Source: Candidatus Poribacteria bacterium (lineage in GTDB: Bacteria > Poribacteria > WGA-4E > WGA-3G). Taken from it: a stretch of 64,000 bases of DNA. The first letter of the stretch is position 1. Every line of letters starts with the position of its first letter. The notes below the pieces were generated by a model. The model did not search any database and was not told the DNA's origin. It was given only the letters and a program-made list of their open reading frames with translations. A program made the position numbers and the translations under genes. Below, in pieces: positions 54,325-63,610 of the stretch. The stretch is taken from contig OZ244048.1 in NCBI GenBank assembly GCA_965215265.1, forward strand, positions 1,920,001 to 1,984,000, given 5' to 3'.

Positions 54325-54740
54325 TCATTGTGCTTTGACTGTCAGTGAGGTATCAGTCTTCGCGCCATTTTTACCCGCCAGATGATAGGCACTACCCGAT
54401 GTGTCTGAGAATTCCTTTGCTCCCTCCGGTTCATCAAAATGCCACAACGCGAGGGTCTTCGCGTCATTCTTGAACTGGCCGTGCGGCGTGAAACCATCTT
54501 TCTCGACATCGTAACGAGGAATCGTTGAGATGCGGACCTCATCAATGTATCCTGCAAAAGCACCCCAAAAGTGGTTGTGACTGCTGGAACCAATCTTCTC
54601 TCCAAAGCCGCCGAGCGTAAAATCCTTTGGGCGCTCGATGCTTGAGAGATCGTCTGCAAGCATCGTTCCTTGCGGTAAGATGTGTGCGTAATCGTTAACG
54701 ATTGTTGTTGTCTGATGCCCCTTCGCTTGAAAAACGATGG
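54325..54740 (-). pseudogene. 5'-truncated LamG protein (copy B)
   Basis: The frame IVFQAKGHQTTTIVND...VKAQ matches the C-terminal half of copy A. The N-terminal half is replaced by Kelch 3' flank sequence. Confidence 0.8.
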
Positions 54741-54792
54741 AATACTAGTTGTAAACGATTGTTAACGCGAAAAGGATTTTACGACATTCTAA

Positions 54793-55923
54793 TTATGGTT
54801 TTCTTTTGAGTTTTCCCCAGCGTGTTGGCAGTTTGCCGGTTGCTTCGACGGCGCGAAAACCGGTATCATATACCAGAACGTCTGGAAAAAACTCGAAACC
54901 TTCTTTCGCCCCTCCGAAAACATAAATCTTTCCGTTGACCATCGCTGCACCAGAAGGTGAAAGGGGCATCGGCAATGCTGGAATATCGCTCCATGCTTCT
55001 TTCTGTGGACTATACACAGCCACAGTCGCTAAAAAACGCCCGTGAGCCAAACCGCCAATCAGATAGATATCCTCCTTAACAACAACCGTCGAGAAAGCCC
55101 GTCTGATGTCTAACATTCCATTTTTCTGCCGCCAATGACGGCGCTCCGGGTCATATTCTTCAATAACCGTCAGCAACGGATCCCAACCGATTGGGGGGCC
55201 AACCGGTGGCCATCCAGATCCGCCGATGGCATAAATACGATTATTCACAACCGCTACATGGAGATACTCGCGCGCTGTTGGCATTTTTGGGGGACCCTTC
55301 GCCCATGTATCCGTGGCAGGATTATAGACATCCACCCGATCCATCCGTCTTTTATCGTCTATACGGAAACCTTCACTTCCACCGAGGAGATAGACTTTTC
55401 CAGCGACCGCACCCAGACCAAAGTAGACACGAGATATCGGCATCTCCTTTTTCCGGGTCCATATCCCTGTTGCTGGGTTGTATGCCTCTACGTGAACTGG
55501 ATATTCCCACTTTCCATCTTTCATACGGACTCCCCCGAAAACATAGATGATCCCGTTAACAACCGAGGCTTGAGCCGCCTCACGTGGCGTTGGCATATCT
55601 GTGATTCTCCGCCACGTGTGGTTCTGCGTGTCGAACACCTCAACTGTGGAAAGTCCAACGGGGCCCTTGTCAAAGTTTTCAAAGCTTGTGCCCCCGATGA
55701 GATAAATCTTATCCTCTACCACTGCAGTTGCGAAAGCCGTTCTCTTCGTCGAAATCTCAGTGATAACTTTCCATTCCTCACCGGCAAAGGATTCCATTCG
55801 CATAAGGAGAAAAATAAAAAAAACGAGAGCCATAACGGGAGCCGTTTTAGAATTGAATAGGCGTGGCATAGGGCATACTGACATGTGTTGTTCGCAGAAA
55901 AAAAGGGAAATTGGTAAATCCAT
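54793..55923 (-). CDS. Secreted Kelch-repeat beta-propeller (copy A) with C-terminal GKLPTRWGKLK motif
   Basis: Six Kelch units. N-terminus identical to copy C; C-terminal tail identical to copy B. Confidence 0.9.
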   Translation of the reverse strand: MDLPISLFFCEQHMSVCPMPRLFNSKTAPVMALVFFIFLLMRMESFAGEEWKVITEISTKRTAFATAVVEDKIYLIGGTSFENFDKGPVGLSTVEVFDTQNHTWRRITDMPTPREAAQASVVNGIIYVFGGVRMKDGKWEYPVHVEAYNPATGIWTRKKEMPISRVYFGLGAVAGKVYLLGGSEGFRIDDKRRMDRVDVYNPATDTWAKGPPKMPTAREYLHVAVVNNRIYAIGGSGWPPVGPPIGWDPLLTVIEEYDPERRHWRQKNGMLDIRRAFSTVVVKEDIYLIGGLAHGRFLATVAVYSPQKEAWSDIPALPMPLSPSGAAMVNGKIYVFGGAKEGFEFFPDVLVYDTGFRAVEATGKLPTRWGKLKRKP

Positions 55924-56261
55924 GTGCTCTCCTTTAGAGTTTTTCTAATGAGAAAAAAGCCTCGCCATGAACGTGACTTTTGTAGCAGTTATACGATGTG
56001 TAACGACCTTTTCGTAAAACTCAGACATCTAAAAGGCTTGTTGCCACCTAAAGCCACTCGGATATATCCGAAATTCGGCAGCGAACCGTGAGAGGTTATA
56101 GAAGCGAGAACCTATACAAAAACGACTCTACGTAAATGGATAAACTCTCGCTTATCTTATGCGGAAGCCATTCGATCTATAAACGGCTTACTCTTCTAAC
56201 AGGGTCCTGAAGTACACCAGTACACCCAATGATGAGTGCTGACCCGCTCAGCACAACAAGT
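55688..56261. repeat. 574-bp near-identical direct repeat (copy 2)
   Basis: Matches 50658-51231. Confidence 0.95.
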
Positions 56262-56468
56262 ATCTCCCCACGAACACTGATTGCTTAAGTCAGGACAAGG
56301 TGTCCGTGGACACGCGTCTGCATCGGGTGTGATCATCAGAGACGCAAGGATTGCGCCTGTTGCGACAGCCCCAGCGACTAAGGCGTTCTTATGCGCAACA
56401 TGCCCATCTTCTTTGACAAAGAAATCGCTGAGACGCTGTTTCGTCAGTTGTGCTACGTGAGTTTGCAT
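56196..56468 (-). CDS. 90-aa Cys-rich precursor peptide (copy A)
   Basis: AAGGAG RBS and the same leader as copy C. Core C-x4-C-x6-C-x5-CC-x12-C-x4-C. Confidence 0.85.
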   Translation of the reverse strand: MQTHVAQLTKQRLSDFFVKEDGHVAHKNALVAGAVATGAILASLMITPDADACPRTPCPDLSNQCSWGDTCCAERVSTHHWVYWCTSGPC

Positions 56469-56853
56469 GAGATTTTATCTCCTTCATTTTGTAGTAGAAA
56501 CGGTAATGTTTTAACCAGAGATGCACAAAACATCTCAAATGTAGCAAACAACACCGCTTCTTAGAATTAGAGGGTTTTCGGTAAAATAATGATGAGATAG
56601 AGTGCCCTCATAACACTCTTTTCCCAGACTCGTCCGACATTACCCCGACAGTCCCACAGGCTGGTAAACCGTTGGTGCCGTGGGTAGCTTTCGACGAGGC
56701 GACAATTCTGTTTGTGTTGCTGTTAGGTGTGCGTCATCAATAGTTCGTCCGCTTTCAGCAACTGTGTCGTTTCGATACGAGATTTGAACCTTGGCGCGGC
56801 TATGGTTCTTGATATCGTATCGAAGCCATCTAATAGAACTTTTCTTAGAGGTA

Positions 56854-57696
56854 TCATTGTGTTTTGACTGCAAGCGGGATGCCGATCTTTGCACCATTTT
56901 TACCCGTCAGATGGTGAGCATTCCCCGATGCATCCGAGAATGTCGGCGTTCCGCCTGGCTCATCAAAATGCCACAACGCCACTGTCTTTGCGTCATTCTT
57001 GAACTTGCTGTGCGGCGTGAAACCAGTTTTATCGACATCGTAACGAGGAATCGTTGAGATGCGGACCTCATCGATATATCCCGCAAAAGCACCCCAAAAG
57101 TGATCGTGACTCCTGGAACCGATTTTCTCTCCAAAACCCCCAAGCGTAAAATCCTTTGGACGCTCTAAGTTTGAGAGATCGTCCGCTAGCGGTGTATTTT
57201 GAGGTAAGATGTATGCGTAATCGTTAACGATGGTTGTTGTCTGATGCCCATTCGACTGAAAAGCGATGTGATGCCATTGATTCGGCGAAAGTGTTCTCGC
57301 GTGGTGCGGGGTCTCAGCAACCCCTCCCCTCACCATAAAATGTGCTTGAATTCTGAGGAATAAATCTCCTTTCTGCCAATCGAGGGTATCCCTTGCTCCC
57401 TCCCATCCGGCGTGAACATCGTTGACAACATCCATCCGCACCTGCTGGCTGAGAATCATTGCGTGTATCTCATCAGCAGGCGGTGTGGTGGGATATATCC
57501 ACGCTTCAACGGTAAATTCGTCTGTCCCTTCCGGTAACAGCAGCCCGAACGTTTCAAAATCTAAAACGGCATAGTCATCAACTCCGTCAAGGGCTAAATA
57601 GTTTCCGCCTGCGGGTGACGGGGGTGGGAGTGCTTTGGCACTCAGCGGCATGAAAACAAGCAAAAAGAGACAGGTAAGGATGTGTCGGTGTCTCAT
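56854..57696 (-). CDS. Secreted LamG/concanavalin A-like jellyroll protein (copy A)
   Basis: Signal peptide, LDGVDDY, FTVEAWIYP, GYIDEVRIS. Confidence 0.88.
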   Translation of the reverse strand: MRHRHILTCLFLLVFMPLSAKALPPPSPAGGNYLALDGVDDYAVLDFETFGLLLPEGTDEFTVEAWIYPTTPPADEIHAMILSQQVRMDVVNDVHAGWEGARDTLDWQKGDLFLRIQAHFMVRGGVAETPHHARTLSPNQWHHIAFQSNGHQTTTIVNDYAYILPQNTPLADDLSNLERPKDFTLGGFGEKIGSRSHDHFWGAFAGYIDEVRISTIPRYDVDKTGFTPHSKFKNDAKTVALWHFDEPGGTPTFSDASGNAHHLTGKNGAKIGIPLAVKTQ

Positions 57697-57956
57697 TGAA
57701 AAGTCCTTATGAATTAGGTTTTGTCAAATTTAAAATTAGAAAAAAAGACTTTTTTTTCGGAGAAATCCTCATTTTTCAACATTTTCTGCTAAAAAAATGC
57801 GAATAAAGGTTGTGCGAGTGCAAAAAAAAGTCAACGTTTGCTCATTTTTTTTAGGTACTTTTTTGAATTATATCATTATTTTTCGTCAGCGGCATCAGTA
57901 TGCGTGTTTATACTAGATGTGCTGCATTCCGGCACTCCACAATCCGTTTTTTGGGG

Positions 57957-60020
57957 TTATTGCAGCATCGCTACGAGCGTATCCACTTCAGTGGTGGGTA
58001 CTTGGCAGGCATAATTTTCGCATACATAAGCGGTTGCTCTGTTATCAATCTGAGTTTTGTCTGCGAGAATTGGCAAAGTGGATTCTCTTGTGGGTTCAAT
58101 CAAAGCGACAATTTTGTTAGGCAGATACTGCCCATGTAATGCCGCTAACATTGCGTTGGTCGCTGTGTCTGCTTTTTGTCCGACAATCGCGATTTCCTTA
58201 GGTGTTGACAGCAGGAAAGCGAGTTCACAGAGGAGTTGTCCGGAGCCTGAGGGCATCGCCTCCATTTGATGGTAGTAGAGTTTCAACGTCTCAACCGCTC
58301 GATCGTGGAATTCCGGATTGTCAAGGTATTTGGCAAGCCTTAGGAGACTATGGATCGCCATGGAAGCGCCAGAGGGGGTTGCGCCGTCGTATGCAGATTT
58401 GGAGTGGACGATAAGGGGTTCGTGTGCTTTGCCTATGAAAAAAAAGCCTCCGCTGGTTTCGTCTGCGAATTGTTCAATCATGATATGTGCGAGTCTTTCC
58501 GCCTCCGTGAGCCAGCGTGGTTCAAAGCTCGCTTCGTAAAGCGCGATTAAGCCTGCGATAAAGTAGGAATAGTCTTCAAGGTAGGCGTTGAGGTGGCTTT
58601 TACCGGTGCGATGGGTGCGCCAGAGGAGTCCATTCTCTTGTGAAAGCGTAGTTAAGATAAACTCGGCAGATTTTTGGCATGCTTTAAGGTATTCAGGCTT
58701 GCCTGTCAATTGGTATCCCATCGCCATACCGCGGAGCATGAGGCCGTTCCAGCTCGTTAAGATTTTGTCGTCTAGTCCGGGTTTAATCCGTTTTTCACGT
58801 GCTGCGAACAACTTCTGTTTTCCGTCTGCGAGGATTGCTTCGAGTTCACTTAATTCCATCTGCAGTTTTCGGGCAAAGATGTCCGGTGGCGTTTGGACGT
58901 GGAGGATGTTTTCACCCTCAAAATTCCCGTGCGGTGTGATATCGTAAAATTCACAGAAGATTTCGGCATTTTTCTCGTGGGTGATGTCTTCTACTTCCGT
59001 GGGTTCCCAGACAAAAAACTTGCCTTCCACCCCTTCGCTATCGGCATCTTGCGTGGAATAAAAGCCGCCGTTCTCTGTGTCGTACATCTCACGGAGTACA
59101 TAGTCCAGCGTCTCCGTTGCGATGTGGCGATAGAAAAGTTTTTTGGTAGCTTGGTATGCCTCAAAATAGGCGATGACGAGCTGTGCGTTGTCATACAACA
59201 TTTTTTCAAAGTGTGGCACGAGCCAGTGTGCATCGGTAGAGTATCTGTGGAAGCCCCCTCCGAGCTGATCGTATATACCCCCCCGTGCCATTTTTTCCAA
59301 GGTCAATTCAACCATTTCCAAGGCGTTGGGGTTGCTGCTATGGTGCCAATAGCGGAGGAGAAAAGGCAGTCCCATACTGGGTGGAAATTTGGGGGCGGTT
59401 CCGAAGCCGCCGTATTGGGGGTCGAATTGAGAGCGGTAATGTTGAAAGGCATTCTCCATTAGCTCCTCAGTGAGTTGCTGCTCGTGCGAATCAACGATTT
59501 GACTCATCTGGTTCAGATGTGTTGTAATCTGGTTGGCTTGTTCGAGTACCTTTTGATTTTGTTCGCGGTACGCCTCAGCAACGGCGTGCATCACCTTGGG
59601 GAAGCCGGGTCTTCCGTACCGGTCTGTAGGTGGATAGTAGGTACCGCCGTAAAAAGGCTGGAGCTCAGGTGTGAGGAAAACAGTCATCGGCCAGCCGCCG
59701 CTGCGTGTCATGACTTGAACAGCGGTCATGTAGATTTCATCTAAGTCTGGTCGTTCCTCCCGATCGACTTTAATGTTGACGAAGAGTTCGTTCATAACTT
59801 GTGCGATCTCTTCATTTTCAAAGGATTCGCGTTCCATAACGTGGCACCAGTGGCATGCGGAGTAGCCGATGCTCAGGAGTATGGGCTTGTCCTCTTGCTT
59901 GGCGTGCGCTAACGCCTCTTCGCCCCACGGGTACCAGTCAACCGGATTGTGTGCGTGCTGGAGGAGGTATGGGCTTGTTTCGTGAATAAGTCTATTGGTG
60001 TATTTGGCGGTATCGTTCAT
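57957..60020 (-). CDS. Thioredoxin-domain protein, YyaL/DUF255 (SPATA20-like)
   Basis: [50 protein letters not shown]. Confidence 0.93.
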   Translation of the reverse strand: MNDTAKYTNRLIHETSPYLLQHAHNPVDWYPWGEEALAHAKQEDKPILLSIGYSACHWCHVMERESFENEEIAQVMNELFVNIKVDREERPDLDEIYMTAVQVMTRSGGWPMTVFLTPELQPFYGGTYYPPTDRYGRPGFPKVMHAVAEAYREQNQKVLEQANQITTHLNQMSQIVDSHEQQLTEELMENAFQHYRSQFDPQYGGFGTAPKFPPSMGLPFLLRYWHHSSNPNALEMVELTLEKMARGGIYDQLGGGFHRYSTDAHWLVPHFEKMLYDNAQLVIAYFEAYQATKKLFYRHIATETLDYVLREMYDTENGGFYSTQDADSEGVEGKFFVWEPTEVEDITHEKNAEIFCEFYDITPHGNFEGENILHVQTPPDIFARKLQMELSELEAILADGKQKLFAAREKRIKPGLDDKILTSWNGLMLRGMAMGYQLTGKPEYLKACQKSAEFILTTLSQENGLLWRTHRTGKSHLNAYLEDYSYFIAGLIALYEASFEPRWLTEAERLAHIMIEQFADETSGGFFFIGKAHEPLIVHSKSAYDGATPSGASMAIHSLLRLAKYLDNPEFHDRAVETLKLYYHQMEAMPSGSGQLLCELAFLLSTPKEIAIVGQKADTATNAMLAALHGQYLPNKIVALIEPTRESTLPILADKTQIDNRATAYVCENYACQVPTTEVDTLVAMLQ

Positions 60021-60048
60021 CTTTTTTCTCCAGCTTTGTGATGTGAAT

Positions 60049-60070
60049 GGGCGGATCTGGAAGTCCGCCC
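60049..60070. terminator. Hairpin downstream of the tRNA pair (terminator or REP-like)
   Basis: GGGCGGA-loop-TCCGCCC. Confidence 0.45.
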
Positions 60071-60091
60071 GACGAAAAGCGTAGTGAAAGG

Positions 60092-60163
60092 TAGCGCTAC
60101 GGGGATTCGAACCCCGGTTTGATGGCTGAGAACCATCTGTCCTGACCCCTAGACGATAGCGCC
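60092..60163 (-). tRNA. tRNA-Glu (CTC)
   Basis: GGCGCTA acceptor stem, anticodon arm GATGG-TTCTCAG-CCATC, GGTTCGAATCC. CCA not fully encoded. Confidence 0.95.
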
Positions 60164-60175
60164 TTAGTGAAGCAG

Positions 60176-60249
60176 TGGCTGCCCGGGAAGGACTCGAACC
60201 TTCACTACATGGTCCAGAGCCATGCGTCCTACCATTAGACGACCGGGCA
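60176..60249 (-). tRNA. tRNA-Gln (CTG)
   Basis: TGCCCGG acceptor stem, anticodon arm CATGG-CTCTGGA-CCATG, GGTTCGAGTCC and 3' CCA. Confidence 0.96.
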
Positions 60250-60264
60250 TTGCCTATAGTATTA

Positions 60265-60293
60265 AGTATACCCTAATTACTGCGATTTGTCAA
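60265..60293 (-). promoter_or_regulatory. sigma70 promoter of the tRNA pair
   Basis: Minus strand TTGACA-N17-TATACT. Confidence 0.75.
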
Positions 60294-60495
60294 TTTTTTT
60301 ATGAAGGCGATGCTTCTAAATTGAAATGACAACTATGGCTGCCGGAACAACAGCCCATTAAAATAGACTCTCGATCCATGTAAGATAACCCATCCGTTAA
60401 CCTATACCGATTACGAGAAATACGCGTAATATGAAGGCAATGATCGGGAATGGACTGGAGGTGATTAATTCAAGCATAGTTTTCCGTTGCTTACG

Positions 60496-61965
60496 CTACT
60501 GCAGCGTGATGTTCGAGAAGGTATAGAAAATATTCACAAACCCGATGAAAAGCGTTGGCACGACAAAGACGCTCAATAGGGCAAAGGTGCCTGTAGAGAA
60601 GGCAACATCCTCCGTCTCCTCTGCGGTTTCAAGATACATCGCCTTCACAATGCGTGCGTAGTAATAGAGAGAGACGACGCTGTTCACCAATCCAACAAAG
60701 GCGAGCCAGTACAAGCCTTTGTCGATGACGGCGGCGAACAGTAACCATTTTCCAAAGAAGCCGGCGAACGGGGGGATGCCAGTGAGTGAGAAGAGGAAAA
60801 TCGCCATTGCCCCGGCGACTAACGGGGCACGTGCCGAGAGCCCGCGATACCCATCAATCATTTCGCTTCCGACTTCGTTGGCGATGAGGACGACAACGTA
60901 GAATGCCCCTAAGTTCATAAATAGATAGACGACGAGGTAGAAGAGAATGGCACCGATTCCCTCAGACGTGAGCAACACACCACCCATGAGGAGGTAACCG
61001 CCGTGCGCGATGCTTGAGTAGGCAAGCAGACGTTTGACATTCTGCTGGGGGAGCGCAGCGAGATTACCGACAGTCATCGTGAGTGCAGAGACAACCGCTA
61101 ACATCAACGTCCAGTCAACGGATTGCATGACGGCTGAATTGCTAAAACCGGAATAGAAGAAACGAATGAATAGGGCGAACCCAGCCGACTTTGAGGCGAC
61201 AGATAAGAACGCTGTTATCGGAATCGGCGCGCCCTCATAAACATCAGGTGACCACATATGGAAAGGCACCGAGGCAATCTTATAGCCTACACCCGCCAGG
61301 ATAAACGTGATTGAAATTAGCACGGCAAGCGGATAGACCTCGCCGGAACTGAACATTTCGGTCAGACGTTGACTGATTTGTCCAAGGTCGCCGGTGCCAG
61401 TCATGCCAAATATGAGAGAGAGCCCGAATAGCATTGTTCCAGACGCAACAGCGCCATACGTAATGTATTTGAACGCTGCTTCACTTGAACGCGGGCTGTG
61501 TGTCAAGAATCCAGCGAGGATATAAGAGGTTAGACTGACTGTTTCCAAGGAGATAAATATCATCAATAGGTTCGTTGATGATGCCATGAGGAACATGCCG
61601 AGTGTTACAGCTAATAAGAGGGCATAGTATTCGCCTTTGAGTCGGGCATCGAGTTCTTCAGAGCATAGGGAAAAGAGGATTGTCGCCGCTGTTGCAAGAA
61701 GAAGGATAATTTTGAAGAAGGTAGCGAACCCATCGAGGCGAATCATTCCCAGGAATAGGGATACGGATTCGTTTGTTCCGAGAGATACATGCGTGATGAG
61801 GACAGCCCCTAGGACACAACCAACCCCTATTAACGAGAGGTATGCAACAGCACTACTCTCACTATTTCTTACCACCAAATCGAGGATGATAACGGCGGCG
61901 GCGAATACGACCAAAAGTATTTCCGGGCTAAAATAGAGTAGGCTATCAATGTTATTTAATTGCAC
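60496..61965 (-). CDS. nuoN: NADH-quinone oxidoreductase subunit N
   Basis: SEAAFKY, GYKIASVPFHMWSPDVYEGAP, KRLLAYSSIAH. Confidence 0.95.
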   Translation of the reverse strand: MQLNNIDSLLYFSPEILLVVFAAAVIILDLVVRNSESSAVAYLSLIGVGCVLGAVLITHVSLGTNESVSLFLGMIRLDGFATFFKIILLLATAATILFSLCSEELDARLKGEYYALLLAVTLGMFLMASSTNLLMIFISLETVSLTSYILAGFLTHSPRSSEAAFKYITYGAVASGTMLFGLSLIFGMTGTGDLGQISQRLTEMFSSGEVYPLAVLISITFILAGVGYKIASVPFHMWSPDVYEGAPIPITAFLSVASKSAGFALFIRFFYSGFSNSAVMQSVDWTLMLAVVSALTMTVGNLAALPQQNVKRLLAYSSIAHGGYLLMGGVLLTSEGIGAILFYLVVYLFMNLGAFYVVVLIANEVGSEMIDGYRGLSARAPLVAGAMAIFLFSLTGIPPFAGFFGKWLLFAAVIDKGLYWLAFVGLVNSVVSLYYYARIVKAMYLETAEETEDVAFSTGTFALLSVFVVPTLFIGFVNIFYTFSNITLQ

Positions 61966-61974
61966 ACCGTCCTC

Positions 61975-63495
61975 CTATAGGTTCGCCAATTTCTCAACAG
62001 CCCCGACCAGCTCCTCAACATATTTGTTGAACATATCAATGGCGAAGTTGGGCCAAACGCCGAGGACGATGGTTAAGATTCCGAGCGGCAGGAGTGTTAG
62101 AATTTCGCGTGGGTTGATTTCTGACAGGGATTCATATTTTGGATTGAGTTGTCCTAAGAAAACGCGTTGGAGTGTCCAGAGGAAGTATGCTGCGCCGACA
62201 ACGATGCCGATGGTTGACAAGACAGTCAACATCTTAAATTTGTCGTAAGCGCCGAGGAGGGAGAGCGCCTCACCAACGAATCCACTCAGACCGGGCAGTC
62301 CTAAAGATGCCATAAAGGCGAGCGTTGTGATGCCGGTATAGATGGGGACTCGGCTGCCTAATCCACCGAACCCATTAATTTCGCGGTGGTGTGCTCTATC
62401 GTAGAGGACACCGACGAGCAGGAAGAGCATTGCACTGATCACACCGTGGTTAAACATCTGAAGAATGGCACCTGTCACGCCGCTCTCATTTCGTGCTGCT
62501 AACCCCAAGATAACGAAACCCATGTGCCCGATACTAGAATACGCGACGAGTTTCTTAAAATCGGTTTGCGCTAATGCACAGAAAGAGCCGTAGACGATAT
62601 TAATGAATCCCAGGAGTGCCAAACTGTTGCCCCAAGTGCCTTGTCCGTTACAGAAAAAGTCCATGCCTTGCGGGAACATTTCCATGTTAACGCGGACGAG
62701 CCCGTAGGTTCCCATCTTCAAGAGGATGCCGGCAAGGATGACGCTGATGGCTGTAGGTGCCTCAACGTGTGCATCGGGTAGCCAAGTATGAAAGGGGAAA
62801 ATTGGCACTTTGACAGCAAACCCAATAAAAAAACCAATGAACACCCAGATCTGGAAACTCAAATCGGCGAGGGCGTGTCCGGGAGTGGCTGCCAATGTAA
62901 TGAGCGTTGGGATGTCGAACGTACGTGCCCCTGGTGCACCACTCTTAAGGTATACTGCTATCATTGCAACCAGCATCAACACACTGCCGAAGAGGGTATA
63001 GAGGAAGAATTTGATGGCGGCGTATTCGCGGCGCGGACCGCCCCACACGCCGATGAGAAAATACATGGGCAGCAGTGTCAGTTCAAAGAATACATAAAAC
63101 AAGAAGAGATCTAAGGAGGCGAAAAAGCCTAACATTCCGGTTTCCAATAGGAGAAAGAGGGCCATATACGCCTTAATGCCTTTTTCTATGTTTCGCCATG
63201 ATGCTAGGACACAAATTGGACCTAAGAGCGCAGTGAGGAGCAGCAGCGTTACGCTGAGCCCGTCAATGCCGACGTGATAACGGATGTTAAATGCCTGGAT
63301 CCAAGGGGCATCCATCTCGTACTGTGTTCCCGACATGCCGCGGTCGTAGTCTATAAATAGAAATACAGCGATGAAGAGCGGAACGAGTGTAAACATCAGC
63401 GTCACCCGTTTTACCAACTCATCCGACCCTCGTGGAAGAAGTAGAACAGCGAGCATCCCGAGCAACGGGACAAAAATCATTAGGGACAATAACAT
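61975..63495 (-). CDS. nuoM: NADH-quinone oxidoreductase subunit M
   Basis: FFELTLLPMY, AVKVPIFPFHTWLPDAHVEAP, KKLVAYSSIGH. Confidence 0.96.
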   Translation of the reverse strand: MLLSLMIFVPLLGMLAVLLLPRGSDELVKRVTLMFTLVPLFIAVFLFIDYDRGMSGTQYEMDAPWIQAFNIRYHVGIDGLSVTLLLLTALLGPICVLASWRNIEKGIKAYMALFLLLETGMLGFFASLDLFLFYVFFELTLLPMYFLIGVWGGPRREYAAIKFFLYTLFGSVLMLVAMIAVYLKSGAPGARTFDIPTLITLAATPGHALADLSFQIWVFIGFFIGFAVKVPIFPFHTWLPDAHVEAPTAISVILAGILLKMGTYGLVRVNMEMFPQGMDFFCNGQGTWGNSLALLGFINIVYGSFCALAQTDFKKLVAYSSIGHMGFVILGLAARNESGVTGAILQMFNHGVISAMLFLLVGVLYDRAHHREINGFGGLGSRVPIYTGITTLAFMASLGLPGLSGFVGEALSLLGAYDKFKMLTVLSTIGIVVGAAYFLWTLQRVFLGQLNPKYESLSEINPREILTLLPLGILTIVLGVWPNFAIDMFNKYVEELVGAVEKLANL

Positions 63496-63610
63496 TTTTT
63501 TTGTCTTTCCTTTCGGTTAAACAAAGGAGATTTGGAGTTTAATATTCCGTTTTTAAAGTCATTTGCCGGTTTGGCAAGTTTTAGTTTCGTCAAAAACCGT
63601 GGTAAAACTC

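Noticed and set aside
51166-56468. Diversity-generating retroelement (TR/VR) explanation for the peptide variability
   Set aside because: No reverse transcriptase is in the window, the differences are not adenine-specific, and one Cys is shifted in position.
51696-56856. Selenocysteine or readthrough of the TGA stops ending all three LamG genes
   Set aside because: The downstream sequences are unrelated between copies and do not continue the WGxLK motif, and no shared SECIS-like hairpin is visible.
60092-60249. tRNA-anchored integrative element
   Set aside because: No integrase and no duplicated tRNA 3' end were seen in the window.
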